This document shows positions 63,774 to 64,000 of a stretch of 64,000 nt of DNA, piece after piece. The notes beneath the pieces are model-generated. The model saw nothing but the letters and a program-made list of their open reading frames with translations. It searched no databases and was not told the DNA's origin. The stretch is taken from positions 64,001-128,000 of IMG/VR virus record IMGVR_UViG_3300029983_000009, one strand, 5' to 3'. The first letter of the stretch is position 1. Every line of letters starts with the position of its first letter. This stretch comes from a virus (lineage: Duplodnaviria > Heunggongvirae > Uroviricota > Caudoviricetes). A program made the position numbers and the translations under genes.

Positions 63774-64000
63774 ATGAATACTGACATATCAATAAACAAT
63801 ATCAAATTAACAACAAAATTAGAAAGATATGCAAAAACTATGAATGATAATTTTAATTTGATTCAATATGGATTATCTCAATTAGATTATTGTAATATGA
63901 TACAATTTTTTAATTATGTAATAATTATGGGAGATATTGGATCTATTAATTATTCAAAATATTTATTAACTATAACAGAAGAATCAAAAAAAGGAAAAAT
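63774..64000 (+). CDS. hypothetical protein, 3'-truncated by window edge
   Basis: Hand translation from ATG 63774 stays open to the window end. Confidence 0.6.
   Translation, partial: MNTDISINNIKLTTKLERYAKTMNDNFNLIQYGLSQLDYCNMIQFFNYVIIMGDIGSINYSKYLLTITEESKKGK

Noticed and set aside
27950-63805. Longer N-termini proposed by the ORF track (28363, 59800, 63805, 15526, 23646, 31752, 32096, 54572)
   Set aside because: They extend into upstream genes or promoters; internal ATGs restore the shared head motif or tight coupling.
1-64000. Stop-codon reassignment (code 4 or 15)
   Set aside because: Known enzymes are full length under the standard code and TGA is used as a stop in dozens of ATGA overlaps; the one interrupted gene has TAA.
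1-64000. Eukaryotic giant virus or bacterial chromosome as source
   Set aside because: Despite ankyrins and LRRs, the Bacteroidota-type promoters, intrinsic terminators, translational coupling, dense small ORFs and lack of housekeeping operons fit a bacteriophage better.

Overview
Very AT-rich, gene-dense accessory region of what is most likely a large (jumbo-type) lytic phage of a Bacteroidota host. This is inferred from TTTG-N20-TAnnTTTG promoters, A-rich start contexts without Shine-Dalgarno sites, and phage-type auxiliary genes. No capsid, terminase, polymerase, integrase, reverse transcriptase or cas gene is visible. Main observation: about 65 ORFs (manual count), in 9 head-to-tail arrays plus a singleton, share an N-terminal MK[YH][IL]KxF/YE-type peptide and a C-terminal [NK]K[FY]N[LIV]-stop peptide. 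The N-terminal peptide resembles the T4 internal-protein capsid-targeting sequence. Both peptides are usually encoded by one ~35-40 bp junction with an ATGA overlap, around variable payloads (GDYV/SH3-like barrels, ankyrin, LRR, unknown folds). A second gene class, mostly behind host-sigma promoters, carries a different RKxK[LI]xx[LI] tail. A ~3.5 kb non-coding island (24.1-27.6 kb) holds tandem strong promoters, a repeated palindrome, six copies of a pseudoknot-like module with compensatory changes, a tRNA-Sec-like element and a ~1 kb structured RNA. Recognisable enzymes: RlmN-like radical SAM, MgtC, LemA-like, kinase-HAD phosphatase, CCA-type nucleotidyltransferase head and a separate HD tail, PPK2-HAD fusion, non-specific nuclease, PARG-like macrodomain, SDR epimerase, HNH, cold-shock protein, vWA, GmhA and NUDIX. 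All family assignments come from motif recognition, not database searches.
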